Translations under genes and position numbers: made by a program
IMG/VR virus record: IMGVR_UViG_3300048907_000042
Origin: a virus
Reading direction: 5' to 3' (one strand)
Length of the DNA: 48,368 nucleotides
Shown: positions 48,330-48,368 of the stretch, in pieces
Layout: each line of letters opens with the position of its first letter
Numbering within the stretch: position 1 is the first letter of the stretch
The notes under the pieces: generated by a model
Told to the model about the DNA's origin: nothing
The model's input: the letters and a program-made list of their open reading frames with translations, nothing else
Databases searched by the model: none

Positions 48330-48368
48330 CTCCGAAGGTAAGAGAACTAACGCAGCCAAACGTCCCCC
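48242..48368. repeat. terminal direct repeat, right copy (identical to 1-127)
   Basis: Exact identity read directly. Confidence 0.95.

Noticed and set aside
1-48368. tRNA genes, an integrase or repressor (lysogeny module), CRISPR arrays and transposases.
   Set aside because: Scanning intergenic regions by eye showed no cloverleaf-like GTTCGAATC-type T-arms and no tyrosine or serine recombinase motifs among ORFs of 150 aa or more. No repeat-spacer arrays were seen. A tRNAscan/Infernal run would be the decisive check for small RNAs.

Overview
The window holds one complete genome unit (48,241 bp) of a tailed dsDNA phage, plus an exact 127-bp end overlap (1-127 = 48242-48368). It has two convergent arms.

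**Plus arm (559-21048):** about 44 tightly packed early and DNA-metabolism genes. They include a SLOG/DUF2493-like protein, a MazG-like protein, an ATP-dependent DNA ligase, a RecD/Dda-like helicase, a Cas4-like PD-(D/E)XK nuclease, an AAA_24 ATPase paired with a DUF669-like protein, a DnaQ-like exonuclease, a ParB-N/DNA methyltransferase fusion, a family-A DNA polymerase split into two ORFs, and a P-loop helicase-like protein.

**Minus arm (48329 down to 21017):** two small leader genes behind a near-consensus sigma70 promoter, then an HTH/small-terminase-like protein, a BspA/DUF285-repeat protein, TerL, portal, a GroES-like protein, scaffold and capsid-module proteins. These are followed by T7-type tail tubular A/B-like proteins, fibres, a 2OG-oxygenase-like plus GNAT pair, internal virion proteins, and a lysozyme-holin-Rz/Rz1 cassette.

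I saw no phage RNA polymerase, integrase, repressor, tRNA or CRISPR array.

**Main hunt results:**
1. A complete ECF-type sigma factor is embedded in the middle of the 1774-aa gp16-like ejected virion protein and is bracketed by duplicated hydrophobic modules.
2. Two copies of a conserved ECF-promoter-like bipartite element (TTGAAT-N16-CGTCGTAACA) lie in front of early gene blocks.
3. A perfect 15-17 bp palindrome (T)GTCCCAAWTTGGGAC(A) occurs nine times, always intergenic, and partitions both arms.
4. A four-member family of small early proteins shares a C-terminal LS-x-EE-K/R-A-E-L tail.
5. Two homologous GC-rich non-coding elements lie in the late arm.
6. The accessory cargo is unusual: a BspA-like LRR/PKD protein, GroES, and a GNAT plus 2OG-oxygenase-like pair.

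All family assignments rest on motifs read by eye and recalled from memory. No database search was run.
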